From the IMG/VR virus record IMGVR_UViG_3300037882_003529, positions 4,462 to 68,461 of that record: a stretch of 64,000 nt of DNA, one strand, 5' to 3'. This DNA is from a virus. The position numbers and the translations under genes are program-made. Of the stretch, positions 1 to 10,088 are shown in pieces. Under the pieces are notes generated by a model. That model was not told the origin of the DNA. It searched no databases and worked only from the letters and a program-made list of their open reading frames with translations. The first letter of the stretch is position 1; every line of letters starts with the position of its first letter.

Positions 1-86
1 TCAGCGTCATTATTCATGTGAATTCCTGTGCAATCAAGTAAATGGATATGTGTAACTACATCCAACCAGACTAAGTGTCTTCGCGA

Positions 87-389
87 TCAAACCAGAAACA
101 CTGAAGCAATCTTAAAACCATCACCCCAATAACTTAACCGATCTCTAGCCTTTTCTCTAGTTTTCACGAGAATGACATTGTTTTCTTTTATCGGTCCGCC
201 AGTTGGAATTATAGCCCAGCATACTCTAACATTTGAGCCTTTTCTTTGAGCTCCAAATTTAATTTGAGTTGGAACTCCGACCTTTTTGGCTTTTTTCTTG
301 CTCGTGAAAAAATAAAATCTAATTTGTCCCAATGACCCTATTTTGGGAGATTCGACCAAATAGTAATTTTTGTCTTTCTTTTTTGACAT
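87..389 (-). CDS. hypothetical basic protein
   Basis: ORF 87..422; internal ATG at 389 (MSKKKDKNYY) reduces overlap with the upstream gene. Confidence 0.5.
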   Translation of the reverse strand: MSKKKDKNYYLVESPKIGSLGQIRFYFFTSKKKAKKVGVPTQIKFGAQRKGSNVRVCWAIIPTGGPIKENNVILVKTREKARDRLSYWGDGFKIASVFLV

Positions 390-864
390 ATTCTTTTGCC
401 TCATAGAATTTCTGATAGGCAATTATAACACACTCAAATGTCTGAGCTGACTCCAGAAATTCTTGATAGGCGGCTTCGCCTGCTTCGGTCGAACGAATTG
501 CTAAATCTTGGGCAGTTATAGAAAACCCTTGATTAGGAATTATGTCTCTAAGAGTGCCGCAATGTTCTATGATTGGTAGACTGGCATGCTTTCTACCAAA
601 CATTCTTTCATATCTTTCAGCTAATTCAAGGCCGTGGGCATATAGCCAATCAAAATGCTGTTGAGATTTTCGAACCCACCGCGTCGATGGATGATTTTTG
701 TGACCAGCAGAAAGAGCTTTGTACACAAATTCCGAAGAATGGCCGTAGAAACGAACACAATCCGATAAAAGTTGTGCCGTCTCTAAGACCATTTTAGTTG
801 CTGATTTTTGGACTTGCAAATTTGCTGCTATAATTGGATCATCGTCCAAAAAGAAAATGTTCAA
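319..864 (-). CDS. pyrimidine-dimer DNA glycosylase (DenV/Pyr_excise-like) family protein
   Basis: MNIFFLDDDPIIAA start, KMVLETAQLL and HKNHPSTRWVR motifs typical of this family. Confidence 0.8.
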   Translation of the reverse strand: MNIFFLDDDPIIAANLQVQKSATKMVLETAQLLSDCVRFYGHSSEFVYKALSAGHKNHPSTRWVRKSQQHFDWLYAHGLELAERYERMFGRKHASLPIIEHCGTLRDIIPNQGFSITAQDLAIRSTEAGEAAYQEFLESAQTFECVIIAYQKFYEAKEYVKKERQKLLFGRISQNRVIGTN

Positions 865-1118
865 GCTTTACCCGAAGGAGTGGCTGTGTATGTCACATAA
901 GGATGAGCAGAAATTTCAAACTTATAGACATTTTTGCTTTTGATAGGTCTAACACGAATCATTAATTTTTTACGCGTTATAATCTGCTTAGCAAATTCTG
1001 ATTCATTGTAATACATTTCAGCAAATGCTTTTGCAGCATGTTCCATATTACTTGCAACAACCTCAACTGGAGTATTTGCCGCAGTCCAGACACTAAATTT
1101 CTTTCGAATGAAGCTCAT
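861..1118 (-). CDS. hypothetical protein
   Basis: 85-aa ORF, ATGA-type overlaps on both sides. Confidence 0.65.
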   Translation of the reverse strand: MSFIRKKFSVWTAANTPVEVVASNMEHAAKAFAEMYYNESEFAKQIITRKKLMIRVRPIKSKNVYKFEISAHPYVTYTATPSGKA

Positions 1119-1792
1119 AAAATAATTCCTAACAAAACTCTCATAGATTCTTTCAATGCTTTACGTTGCATTTCTGCACCGGCTTTAGTAAAATGAACAT
1201 TAGGTCCATAAGATGTTTCAGTCGCAGGATCAATACATGCATAAAAGTCCTTGATCTGTCCAAACGAAAATCTCCATCTTTCACCTGGTGGGTCTTTTTC
1301 AGTTGGATTTGCTGGCCATCGAAATGGCTTATTATTGACAATTACGAGAACATCTTCTGGCTTTTTTCTAAAATTAATTTCTTCAGCATTATTCCAATCA
1401 CCAATAAGCGAAATATCGTTCAAAGTAAAGTCGACCCATTTACCATTAATGAGTGTTTCAACTTTATCGCCTAAATTACTGAACCATTGAGGAATGATCA
1501 ATGACTTAAGGCGTTGATCATCATGTTTTAATCGCAGAACAGCTTCACCTTCGGTCAAATACATGCCACCAGCTTCAAATATATTTTCATCAAAATGATT
1601 TGATGAATAAAATCTAGAACAACAAATTTGATGGCTACTTGTCACATACCAATACACCATTCCATCCGATAACTTTGATCGGTCTCTTAATGGCTGAGGA
1701 AATTCGATTTTCATATTTGCTTCCTTGTTTTTGTAAAGAGTGAACAAATCTACTTCGGTTGCTCGACAATATCCTTTTCCAGGACCATTCAT
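1115..1792 (-). CDS. hypothetical protein
   Basis: 225-aa ORF in packed minus-strand run. Confidence 0.65.
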   Translation of the reverse strand: MNGPGKGYCRATEVDLFTLYKNKEANMKIEFPQPLRDRSKLSDGMVYWYVTSSHQICCSRFYSSNHFDENIFEAGGMYLTEGEAVLRLKHDDQRLKSLIIPQWFSNLGDKVETLINGKWVDFTLNDISLIGDWNNAEEINFRKKPEDVLVIVNNKPFRWPANPTEKDPPGERWRFSFGQIKDFYACIDPATETSYGPNVHFTKAGAEMQRKALKESMRVLLGIIL

Positions 1793-1801
1793 TTTATTTC
1801 C

Positions 1802-2122
1802 CTATTGAGGACAATTTACCTGAAGTAATGTGTCGTTATTGCTCTGAACAAATCGACTCAATTCGCAACCATAAAATTCTTGGCCATCAACGATGATTTC
1901 CTCGTAGAAAATACCAATACTATATGTGTAGAATGGCTTCATTGTTGATTGACTTTTACAGCTCGCATAAAGAAAGCTTGTGTCTTCAGGCCCTATTGAA
2001 TTAAATCCAACAGAGCATGAGTTAAACTGAATGGCTGAATTTGGCAGATTCAGTTCGATTGTGGTTGCGGCCATGGATACAGATGAAGCCATGGCCAGTA
2101 AAATGATGATAAAAGTTTTCAT
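1802..2122 (-). CDS. hypothetical secreted/periplasmic protein
   Basis: signal peptide MKTFIIILLAMASSVSMA, four Cys. Confidence 0.65.
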   Translation of the reverse strand: MKTFIIILLAMASSVSMAATTIELNLPNSAIQFNSCSVGFNSIGPEDTSFLYASCKSQSTMKPFYTYSIGIFYEEIIVDGQEFYGCELSRFVQSNNDTLLQVNCPQ

Positions 2123-2419
2123 GAGGTTTTAATCCAACAGAGTTTGTTTCCATTCCATTTGTTATCTAAACTCTGGTCTGCCCAGTTGTAGAGATCATTC
2201 ATTTCACAATCAAAATCATCCTCGTCGTCTGAATTGAAATTTTCAAATACGTCGATAAAGTTTTCGATGTCTTCGATGAATTCTTTTTCTGTGACTGTTT
2301 TGAGAAGATCTTTTAGACGACCTGCGATGCCTTTAGCATATTCGATTGGCGTAATTTCTTCATCTTGAACAGCCTGAGCCAAGTCTACTAGGTTTAGTTC
2401 ATATTTCCATACTGGCATT
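2119..2419 (-). CDS. hypothetical acidic phage protein
   Basis: ORF 2119..2493; likely start MPVWKY near 2418 after AGGAG. Confidence 0.6.
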
Positions 2420-2453
2420 TTAGTTCTCCTTTTCTCTCGGTGGTGTTGGTCTT

Positions 2454-2780
2454 TTAAGCCCAACGAATAACTGCATTTAAATCTAATTCGCACAAATCAA
2501 GAACTTGCGAAACTCTTCCAGAAAGATAACCTTCTGCTCGACCGCAATGTGTCATATTACCATCAATTACGGTTGATAGAGCTTTATCCTTTCCTTTCAC
2601 AGATTCTACCATTTTATATCTACGGCATTTGACTGCTAATTCATGCGAAGACACAGAACCAACCGTTCCATCAGAAGAATTAGGATTTAGGTCTAATGCT
2701 AACCATAAATCTAGAAAATTAGAATTAGAGAGATTAAGATCTTGGTTTTGGTTAGCTGAGGTCATGATGGTTACGGACAT
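2454..2780 (-). CDS. hypothetical protein
   Basis: 108-aa ORF with GAGAG RBS. Confidence 0.65.
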   Translation of the reverse strand: MSVTIMTSANQNQDLNLSNSNFLDLWLALDLNPNSSDGTVGSVSSHELAVKCRRYKMVESVKGKDKALSTVIDGNMTHCGRAEGYLSGRVSQVLDLCELDLNAVIRWA

Positions 2781-2794
2781 GTTAGTTCTCTCGA

Positions 2795-3103
2795 TTAGTT
2801 TTGTTCGGTTTCGGTTTCTGATTGGCCATGATCGACCAATTCATCTAAAGTCGCTTTGATTGCTTTCGCATCAGTTTCATGGTAGATAGCATTAGTAATA
2901 TCGCCAGAAGAATTTGCGATTGCCCAATGAATGTTGTTAAGAATTCTTGAAGCCTTAGAATCTGCATTAGACTCAAGTTCAGCTTTACAGGCATCTAATG
3001 CTCTTTCAAAATGCTTGATTGCCTGTTCTAAAAATTTGTTGGCTTCATTTTTAGATTTTTGGAGATTTTGTTGCAATCTTACTTTTCTTCGTACGTTTAA
3101 CAT
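2795..3103 (-). CDS. hypothetical helical protein (early gene)
   Basis: directly downstream of an early-type promoter. Confidence 0.65.
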   Translation of the reverse strand: MLNVRRKVRLQQNLQKSKNEANKFLEQAIKHFERALDACKAELESNADSKASRILNNIHWAIANSSGDITNAIYHETDAKAIKATLDELVDHGQSETETEQN

Positions 3104-3110
3104 GTTAGTT

Positions 3111-3166
3111 CTCTCGATTGGGTTGTTAGTTTATTCTAACACAATCTTTATCGAAAGTAAACAGTC
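3111..3166 (-). promoter_or_regulatory. T4-type early promoter plus leader, copy 1 of a 56-bp direct repeat
   Basis: minus strand GTTTAC-N17-TAGAAT with TG extension; identical to 44182..44237. Confidence 0.8.
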
Positions 3167-3181
3167 TACGAAAAATAAATT

Positions 3182-3212
3182 TTGAGGGTGCCGAAATCAT
3201 CGGCACCCTCAA
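3182..3212. terminator. hairpin terminator after gp32
   Basis: TTGAGGGTGCCGA-N5-TCGGCACCCTCAA perfect inverted repeat. Confidence 0.75.
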
Positions 3213-3219
3213 TCAGACC

Positions 3220-4161
3220 TTAAAGATCTTCTTCAACTAAAGATTTGAAGTAGTCAATATCTGAATTCTGCGGTTTAGCAGAAGGAGCAGATGGAACGGC
3301 AGCAGAATCGACCTTAGCCTGAATCGAAGCGACTGTTTCTTTAGGCGTTTCTGATGGAGCAGAAGGAACTGGAGCAGAAGGAACAACAACTTGCGTCGGT
3401 TTCTTTCCGATAGCTTTCTCAAACCGAACTTTCAGTTCTTCTTCAGATTTAAAGATTTTTGGATCGACAAATTCACTTAAGTCGTGACACAGTTTCCAAA
3501 TTTCTTCGATAGCTTCGTCAGTCTGAGCCAAAGGTCGACCAACTTGGTCAAAAGATGAAGAATCGTAATTGACATTACCTTCAACGTCTTTGATTCGGAG
3601 GCTAAAATCTGATCCTTTCCAAAGATCAAATACGTGAACTGGAGTTTGATCTGCGAATTTAGGCTTTTCAGCTTCCATCAACATATCAAAGATCTTCTGT
3701 CCAGATTTGAAAATCTTAACTTTGCCTACATTTTCTGGGTTTGCAGGATCAGAAAGAATCAAAGCATTATAGTGGAACGTTACTTTACGTGAACGACCTC
3801 GAACAATCTCTTGATTTGCTTTAATTCCTGTTTCCCAGAGTTCTTTGTTTGATTCACAAACAGGACATGGTAACCCGATCGATGTTGGACAATTTTCCCA
3901 GAACCAAGAACCATTTGCGCTCTTGAATTTATGGATGAACAATTTAGCCCAAGGAAGAACAATTACTCCTGCACCAGCTCGATTGTGCATCGCTTCAGAT
4001 GCTGGAAGAAATCGAATTTTTCCGCTACCAATCTTTTTTTCAAGCTTCGGATACCAAAAACGATCGTCTTCTTTTCCTCCGCCAGTTTTGCTACCAATTT
4101 CACCAGTAGCCATTTTTGTTTGTAGATCTTCTGTTGCTTTTTTTAAATCACTTAATCTCAT
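3220..4161 (-). CDS. 32: single-stranded DNA-binding protein (T4 gp32-like)
   Basis: DDRFWYPK, IRFLPA, WENCPTSIGLPCPVCE zinc motif, NYDSSSF, acidic C-terminal tail. Confidence 0.95.
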   Translation of the reverse strand: MRLSDLKKATEDLQTKMATGEIGSKTGGGKEDDRFWYPKLEKKIGSGKIRFLPASEAMHNRAGAGVIVLPWAKLFIHKFKSANGSWFWENCPTSIGLPCPVCESNKELWETGIKANQEIVRGRSRKVTFHYNALILSDPANPENVGKVKIFKSGQKIFDMLMEAEKPKFADQTPVHVFDLWKGSDFSLRIKDVEGNVNYDSSSFDQVGRPLAQTDEAIEEIWKLCHDLSEFVDPKIFKSEEELKVRFEKAIGKKPTQVVVPSAPVPSAPSETPKETVASIQAKVDSAAVPSAPSAKPQNSDIDYFKSLVEEDL

Positions 4162-4250
4162 TTTTATTTTCCTGTGCTGATGGGATATTCCCTAGATGTA
4201 CACTTGTCTGAATTTATCAGACTTCTAATTATATCAACACAGGAAAACTT

Positions 4251-4721
4251 TCAAGGTAAGAGAAATCCTTTCTTTGGATCAATTTTCATAAAGTATTTCT
4301 GCTGGTGAGGAAAAAATTGATTCATGTCGTCAATAATCAGATAACTTTCAGTCGGATTCTTCTTGAAATAATCTTCAATTTCAATTCCTCGTAAAGTATA
4401 TGGAGAAATAAGTCCATCATATCCTGCAACACCGGTAATACCAACAATATTGATTGGTTCGCGTGTATACAAAGCAAACATCTTTTTGAATGCTTCGACA
4501 TTATGTTCTAAACGCCAAGTCGATGAAATAACGATTCTGTAATTTTCAAATCGACTTAAGAATTCAACGAACTGATAGACATTATGAGGACACCAATTTA
4601 CTCCATTGATCGTTGGTTCACCTTCAAAAAATCCACCATATCCATATTCTTGACCCCAAACCTCGTTATTAAGAACTCCGTCGATGTCTAAAAATATCGT
4701 AATTTCTTCAGTAATTTTCAT
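4251..4721 (-). CDS. HAD-superfamily protein (Swiss-Army-Knife RNA-repair-type HAD)
   Basis: FLDIDGVLN, IVISSTWR, RGIEI, YLIIDD motifs. Confidence 0.8.
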   Translation of the reverse strand: MKITEEITIFLDIDGVLNNEVWGQEYGYGGFFEGEPTINGVNWCPHNVYQFVEFLSRFENYRIVISSTWRLEHNVEAFKKMFALYTREPINIVGITGVAGYDGLISPYTLRGIEIEDYFKKNPTESYLIIDDMNQFFPHQQKYFMKIDPKKGFLLP

Positions 4722-4966
4722 GTGTCACCTTCAATAAAGAACTCTCGATCTGAAAATTCAATCATATTGCTTGAAAATTGAATGCCAAATTTCTTGTTTA
4801 GTGCATGCAATAATTCAGGACTGCCTCGATTTGGACCAAAAATGTCAGCATCAAGAGTTCGAATTTTTGATCGGAGATTCTTAAAATCTTCACGTGTCAT
4901 TTCGATCAATTGATTGATGTCAAAATGGACAGTACCTTTTAATCGAACCTTAACGATGTCTGTCAT
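4718..4966 (-). CDS. hypothetical protein
   Basis: 82-aa ORF with ATGA overlaps. Confidence 0.6.
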   Translation of the reverse strand: MTDIVKVRLKGTVHFDINQLIEMTREDFKNLRSKIRTLDADIFGPNRGSPELLHALNKKFGIQFSSNMIEFSDREFFIEGDT

Positions 4967-5205
4967 TCAACAAATGCTCCTAAACCTTCTGATGTTTTTT
5001 TGATCTTTACGAGACGAAGACGAATTGCTTCTTCTTTGATCAACTTTTTAAGATCTTCAGTCAAATATTCAGCAATTTCGTCTTCTTCAATTCCAAAACT
5101 TGGAGCTAATTCGGCCGCAATCTCAATAAGACCACGGCCTTCAGCAGAAGATCTATCGACCACATTTCTGGAAAACCCAATCATTAGATCTTCTGAATTT
5201 TTCAT
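4963..5205 (-). CDS. 33: late-transcription coactivator (T4 gp33-like)
   Basis: 80 aa, helical pattern GIEEDEIAEYLTEDLKKLIKEEAIRLRLVK, near gp32. Confidence 0.75.
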   Translation of the reverse strand: MKNSEDLMIGFSRNVVDRSSAEGRGLIEIAAELAPSFGIEEDEIAEYLTEDLKKLIKEEAIRLRLVKIKKTSEGLGAFVE

Positions 5206-6014
5206 CTTTGATCTCCATAAAGAGAAAGGACTTGAGCAATCAATGGATGACGCACAATGTCTCGAGAAGTTAAATCAACTCGTTCGATGGCAGCACATTT
5301 TCCATGATCGATTCGATTGATCAAATCTGAAAGTCCATTAATCTGTCCTTGAGGTAGAGTTCTTTTCAGATCGGATTGGTATGGATCTCCTGCAATCACC
5401 AATTTAGAATCTGGACCAAATCGAGTCAAAAGACATTTCATCTGATCGACTGTTGAATTTGACATTTCGTCGGCAAACACAAAGGTTCTGGTGAAAGTAG
5501 ATCCTCGCATAAAAGCGAATGGCCTAATCGAAATAGCTCCACTCTCAAACAGCATTTTAGTAGTTCTTCCTCCAACTAATTCAACGCAGCATTCGATGAT
5601 TGGCATAACGTAAGGAAGCATTTTAGAATCCACTCCTCCTGGAATAAATCCAAGATTTTCATCAGATTCTACAGCCGGTCGAGTGATCACAATTCGATCG
5701 ACTGCTCCTTCAGAAAGTCGCTCAAGAGCAACACCCATCGTCATGAAAGTTTTTCCAGCTCCAGGTGGACCGACAACCATTGTGATCGGAGCTGTCGATC
5801 GAAGAGAACTTAGAAGTGGACGTTGACCAGATGTTCTCGGTTGCAATTTCACTTTCAGATTGAATGAACCTATTTCTGGTGATTCAAAGTATCCCAGATT
5901 GTAGCCGGTTTTCTTGGAAATATCGCCTAGATCAGAGGCTACATTTCGATTTGTTCTTTGTCTGTTGTGTTCAGCATTTTGGGTTGTGCGTCGCTTAGTC
6001 AAAAGATTCTCCAA
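5202..6014 (-). CDS. phoH: PhoH-family ATPase
   Basis: GPPGAGKT, IVITRPAVE, LGFIPG, FMRGSTF, DEMSN, GDPYQSD, DIVRHPLI. Confidence 0.95.
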   Translation of the reverse strand: MENLLTKRRTTQNAEHNRQRTNRNVASDLGDISKKTGYNLGYFESPEIGSFNLKVKLQPRTSGQRPLLSSLRSTAPITMVVGPPGAGKTFMTMGVALERLSEGAVDRIVITRPAVESDENLGFIPGGVDSKMLPYVMPIIECCVELVGGRTTKMLFESGAISIRPFAFMRGSTFTRTFVFADEMSNSTVDQMKCLLTRFGPDSKLVIAGDPYQSDLKRTLPQGQINGLSDLINRIDHGKCAAIERVDLTSRDIVRHPLIAQVLSLYGDQR

Positions 6015-6028
6015 GTGATAGTTGACTA

Positions 6029-6685
6029 TTAATTATGTTGAACTTTCTTCTTCATTTCAGCTAATCTTTTGTAAGCTTCGATGACACAATTGGACTGAAC
6101 AAAGCAGTCATAGAAAGCATCATGCTTTTCTCGGCCTTCAAGAATATCAGTCCAAATATGACGACCTTGTGGAGTCCCTCCAAAATTTCCGTCGATATCA
6201 AACATTCCACAGACTGTTCGAACATCCATTTCTTGCCAAAATTTCCAAGGCGCTTCTTTCTGGTAAAACATACCCCAAAGAGCAGAAATTTTAGAACAAT
6301 CGAAGCTTGGCGACCTTGCCCAAATTTTAGGATTATCACAGCTTCTGATGAAAGTTTCAAAGCATTCTTTAAATTCATTAAGCGGAATTTTTGTATTCTT
6401 CATCAATTGAAGAAACTTATCACTGTTTTTATTCATCCACCAATTTACGGTCTGTGAATTAATATCTGCTCCAGCCGATTCTTGTTCTTCCATCGAAGGA
6501 TAACAATCAAAAGTCGAAACAAGAGTAGCATTTCCAGTTTCTACATCAAGATGAAATGCTACCATTGAAACTTGAAGTAGCATTGGTGTTACTGAGACAC
6601 TTAATGTCTCAAGATCTAGCATGATATTGTTGGCTTTTATCGGCGATGATTGCATTGATGGGACTCCATTAAGAAGTCCCATCAT
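6029..6685 (-). CDS. dexA: DEDDh 3'-5' exonuclease (DexA/RNase AS-like)
   Basis: MLDLETL, TVNWW, SFD, PWKFWQEMDVRT, HDAFYDC. Confidence 0.8.
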   Translation of the reverse strand: MMGLLNGVPSMQSSPIKANNIMLDLETLSVSVTPMLLQVSMVAFHLDVETGNATLVSTFDCYPSMEEQESAGADINSQTVNWWMNKNSDKFLQLMKNTKIPLNEFKECFETFIRSCDNPKIWARSPSFDCSKISALWGMFYQKEAPWKFWQEMDVRTVCGMFDIDGNFGGTPQGRHIWTDILEGREKHDAFYDCFVQSNCVIEAYKRLAEMKKKVQHN

Positions 6686-6713
6686 ATACCAGATTACTCA
6701 AATCTTATCGGGA

Positions 6714-6977
6714 TTAACTATTATCGTAGGTATCAATAATGCTTGGAGTTAATTTTTTGATTTTTAGATTATCTCCGGTAATTCCATTGATTGACATACC
6801 TTTTTTATAACTCTTAGCATCATCAGCAAGTTGGAAAGTTTTGATTAATTCTTTACCACGAAATAAACCAACTGTATCATGCGGACCAATTCTTATTTTT
6901 TGAATTGGTCCGCTTTCTGATTTAGAAGATTTCTCTATTTGGCGAACTGATTCCAAAATTAACTTATCAATATTCAT
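6714..6977 (-). CDS. hypothetical protein
   Basis: 87-aa ORF with GGAA RBS. Confidence 0.6.
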   Translation of the reverse strand: MNIDKLILESVRQIEKSSKSESGPIQKIRIGPHDTVGLFRGKELIKTFQLADDAKSYKKGMSINGITGDNLKIKKLTPSIIDTYDNS

Positions 6978-6985
6978 GTTATTCC

Positions 6986-7774
6986 TTATGAGTATGTAGC
7001 AGTGATCGCAGGTGAATTTGTTGTCACAATCAACTTAGTTAAAGCAATATCATCAAGGTTTAATTTTCGACCATTGATGTAATACTCACAATCAACTGCT
7101 GCTGAGTTTGATGCTGGCATTACAGCTGGCCCGTTTGTTCGATGCAGACGACCATTTTCAAAATATCGTAAACGACCATCTGATAACTTCACAGCAGGAA
7201 GAGATCCAGCTCGATGAATTTCACCATTGTTGTAATAGTATACATCACCAGTAATAGCTCGTGTTGTAAACGTTACTGTTCCTGAAACTGTTGTTGTTGC
7301 GCTCACAGGGAATAAAGGCTCTGATGAACCTGATGTTCCTGCTGTTGTTACGTAATGTTCCCAAACTCCACCTGCATCTTTAGAAATAACAATTTCATTA
7401 AGAACATATGCTTTGGTTGCTTGGAAGAAATTACCTTCCGTAACGATCAATGCAGGACCGTAGTTGTTGTTTGTAACTGTTTCGTCACCGGAAATTGTTG
7501 CTGGTGTAGTTGGTGAGTTTGCGACTGTGTATGTAAAAGTTGTTGTTGTAGGTGCTGCAATAACTAAAAAACGACCGTTGTAATCAGATTCACCAACGCC
7601 TGCGACTGTGACTGAATCTCCAGCTACTAATCCGTGAACTGTGCTTGTTGTTGCTGTTGCTGTTGTAGAAGAACGAGTAATTCCTGAAATTACAATCGCA
7701 GTTCCAGAAGCAGCTCGATGTAAGCGGCCTAATGAATCAATGAATTTAATTCCGAATTGGTCACGTGATGGCAT
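6986..7774 (-). CDS. Thr-rich beta-repeat protein, probable virion/surface protein
   Basis: GRLHR..GPA repeats interrupted by HGLVAGDSVTVAGV..YNG..TTFTY beta-domain. Confidence 0.55.
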   Translation of the reverse strand: MPSRDQFGIKFIDSLGRLHRAASGTAIVISGITRSSTTATATTSTVHGLVAGDSVTVAGVGESDYNGRFLVIAAPTTTTFTYTVANSPTTPATISGDETVTNNNYGPALIVTEGNFFQATKAYVLNEIVISKDAGGVWEHYVTTAGTSGSSEPLFPVSATTTVSGTVTFTTRAITGDVYYYNNGEIHRAGSLPAVKLSDGRLRYFENGRLHRTNGPAVMPASNSAAVDCEYYINGRKLNLDDIALTKLIVTTNSPAITATYS

Positions 7775-7837
7775 TTTGAATCCTTAATGTTTGTAAATGT
7801 CAAATATGTATACGACAGAAATCACCAAAGAAGAAAC

Positions 7838-7865
7838 AAGAAAAGGGCCTTGCGGCCCTTTTCTT
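7838..7865. terminator. intrinsic terminator
   Basis: AAGAAAAGGGCC-TTGC-GGCCCTTTTCTT. Confidence 0.8.
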
Positions 7866-7885
7866 TCGATATATGATTAGATCAA

Positions 7886-9163
7886 TTACCGAGTTCGAGT
7901 TGAATCAAACACTAATACACATGAATTCGCAGGAATCTTTCGGTTCACTGAAGTGGACTGAATAAACACTTGCCATTGACCGTGTTCGCCTGGTTTCATT
8001 TTGATTCGACCAGAAGGAAGACCTAATCGTTGTCGAGCCGTTGAACCACCAAATACCTTACCAGTACGAGGATCACGAATTGCAATTTGCTTGGTTTCGT
8101 GAACTACTTGTTCGCTCTTCACTAATTCGTAGAAAGCATTGCCAACAATATAAGGCTTTTTAGTTTCTTGTTCGACCAATCTTCGAATTTCTTGTTCAGC
8201 ATTCGAATTCAAAATTCGATATTCGGTAATTTCGTGTAGATTTTCTTTTGCCTTTTCTACACTAACATCTTCAAGGTCGATTCCAAAATAGTTTGAACTT
8301 CTTGTGCCTCCAGCAGATAAAGTAGCAGTACGAGCATATTGACTTCTTACTGTTACTGCTGAAGCTGTTTGCAAACCTTCAACTGAAGTAGCATCCCAAA
8401 CTTTAACATTTCCAGGTTCAATTCCATATGCGCTTTGAATGCCTCTTTTAACTCGTTCATCAGGAACCAAAAAAGCAACCGTCAAATTATTTGGACAGTT
8501 TCTCATTAAAGTTCTAAATTGCTGAACGTGCGTAAGTCCTGAAGAGTTTTCTTCTCCGTCGGTCAACACCAAAATCATTTGAATATCATTATTCTTGATT
8601 TTCTCATATGCTTCTACAATTGCTCGAAGCATAGGCGTGCTTCCTGAAGGACTATAATCCTTCATAGCCTCTACAACACCATCAGCGTCTAATTGATCTC
8701 TAAAACACAAATCAGATTTATAAAGATCAGGAGTAACAACGTGAGCAAAAGACTTGTAGTAACCACCAAATCGCATGATTCCGTAAGTTTGATCAATATT
8801 TGCTGAAGCTAAGGAAACCGAAGCGTCTTTCATTTCAGCAATAGTTCTCTCAATAATTCTTGGAACATGTCGTCCTAAACCAGACATAGAGCCAGATTCA
8901 TCGATAGCCAAAATGACTGAGCTTGTTTTACGGACTGGCGGTGGAGATTTGGCTTTTTTCTTCGGAGTTGCTTGAACTTTGAACACTTTAGCCACTGGTT
9001 TTTTCGCAGCTAATTTTGGTTTGATAGTAACACTTGCTTTAGAAACTCGATATTTGTATGCAGTTGTTTCTGAGCAGTTATTTCGAGCTGCGATTTGGCG
9101 GGCACTGAATTTGCCTGAATTCCAGTCAGCTTGAATTTGTTGAATTGAGAATGCCATGTTCAT
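7886..9163 (-). CDS. vWA-domain protein with N-terminal HTH-like segment
   Basis: MIDAS DESGSM, TPMLRAI, VLTDGEENSS. Confidence 0.85.
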   Translation of the reverse strand: MNMAFSIQQIQADWNSGKFSARQIAARNNCSETTAYKYRVSKASVTIKPKLAAKKPVAKVFKVQATPKKKAKSPPPVRKTSSVILAIDESGSMSGLGRHVPRIIERTIAEMKDASVSLASANIDQTYGIMRFGGYYKSFAHVVTPDLYKSDLCFRDQLDADGVVEAMKDYSPSGSTPMLRAIVEAYEKIKNNDIQMILVLTDGEENSSGLTHVQQFRTLMRNCPNNLTVAFLVPDERVKRGIQSAYGIEPGNVKVWDATSVEGLQTASAVTVRSQYARTATLSAGGTRSSNYFGIDLEDVSVEKAKENLHEITEYRILNSNAEQEIRRLVEQETKKPYIVGNAFYELVKSEQVVHETKQIAIRDPRTGKVFGGSTARQRLGLPSGRIKMKPGEHGQWQVFIQSTSVNRKIPANSCVLVFDSTRTR

Positions 9164-9165
9164 CC

Positions 9166-9444
9166 TTAAAGAGTTAATTCAGGGTTTTGCGGATTAATTG
9201 TATCACTTTCAGAAATAAATGGTTGAAGCCATACCACTTCTTGATAAGTTAGTAACAAAGTGCATTGAGGAAGCGTCAGTAGACCTAAAAAGAATTGAAC
9301 TCGCTCGGTAACTCCTGGTGGGTATAATAAGCCAACACATTGCCATCCTTGATTAGAATTCCAAACAAAACTACCTTTATATCTTTCGACAAATTCTGCA
9401 ATTTTCTCGTAGCCTTGATATTCCCATTTGAATTGAATGTTCAT
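9166..9444 (-). CDS. hypothetical protein
   Basis: ORF in packed run. Confidence 0.55.
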   Translation of the reverse strand: MNIQFKWEYQGYEKIAEFVERYKGSFVWNSNQGWQCVGLLYPPGVTERVQFFLGLLTLPQCTLLLTYQEVVWLQPFISESDTINPQNPELTL

Positions 9445-9635
9445 TAGTTAACAAACTCCCCAGTTTCTATAATTCCGATAGTTTCATCTCCAGAAATGTG
9501 AAGTTCAATGAAAGAACCTGGACTAACGACTGGAGTTTCCGCTTCTGAAAGTGCGCTTCCTGATTTTCCTGGTCGAGATTTGACGATTTGAACTTTCTTG
9601 TTGCCTGAAACAGCAATAATAACTTTTGTGGTCAT
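9444..9635 (-). CDS. hypothetical protein
   Basis: ORF with AGGA RBS, TAATG overlap. Confidence 0.6.
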   Translation of the reverse strand: MTTKVIIAVSGNKKVQIVKSRPGKSGSALSEAETPVVSPGSFIELHISGDETIGIIETGEFVN

Positions 9636-9643
9636 ATGTTTCC

Positions 9644-10081
9644 TTAATAGAGATTTTCTGAGAACAGCTTCACGTCATCTCCGCCACAACGTCGAAGAAT
9701 TTGATCTGCCTCTGTGGCAATTTTATGAGCTTCAACTCTATCAACGAATCTGCCTTTATTCGTGATAAATCCTTGTTTTTCTTTTCCGTCTTTTGGAATC
9801 ATTAACCGTCTAATAATATCATGCATAAGACTGTCAAAATGACGAGCTCCAAGAATCGTGATTTCGCCAACTCCAAAATCGTATTTGTTTGCTGCACATA
9901 CAATTCGTTCTTTATTAGGATCAAATTGTTTAGGAAGATTCAGAAGTGTAGACACTTCTTTTAAGAAATTTTCTTTTCCTTTGATTATTGCTTCTGAACT
10001 CCATCCATCAAGATTGATTTCTCCTCGAATATGAGAATCAAATGCGCTTTCGATAAGTCTTAATATAAGGGTTTGGTCCAT
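9644..10081 (-). CDS. conserved phage hypothetical protein
   Basis: IVCAA..GARH..QGFITNKGRFVDRVEA..LFSENLY motif set common in phage hypotheticals. Confidence 0.7.
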   Translation of the reverse strand: MDQTLILRLIESAFDSHIRGEINLDGWSSEAIIKGKENFLKEVSTLLNLPKQFDPNKERIVCAANKYDFGVGEITILGARHFDSLMHDIIRRLMIPKDGKEKQGFITNKGRFVDRVEAHKIATEADQILRRCGGDDVKLFSENLY

Positions 10082-10088
10082 TTTATTC

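Noticed and set aside
7886-9163. Ro60/TROVE partner for the Y-like RNAs
   Set aside because: vWA domain is N-proximal with no large helical TROVE domain before it
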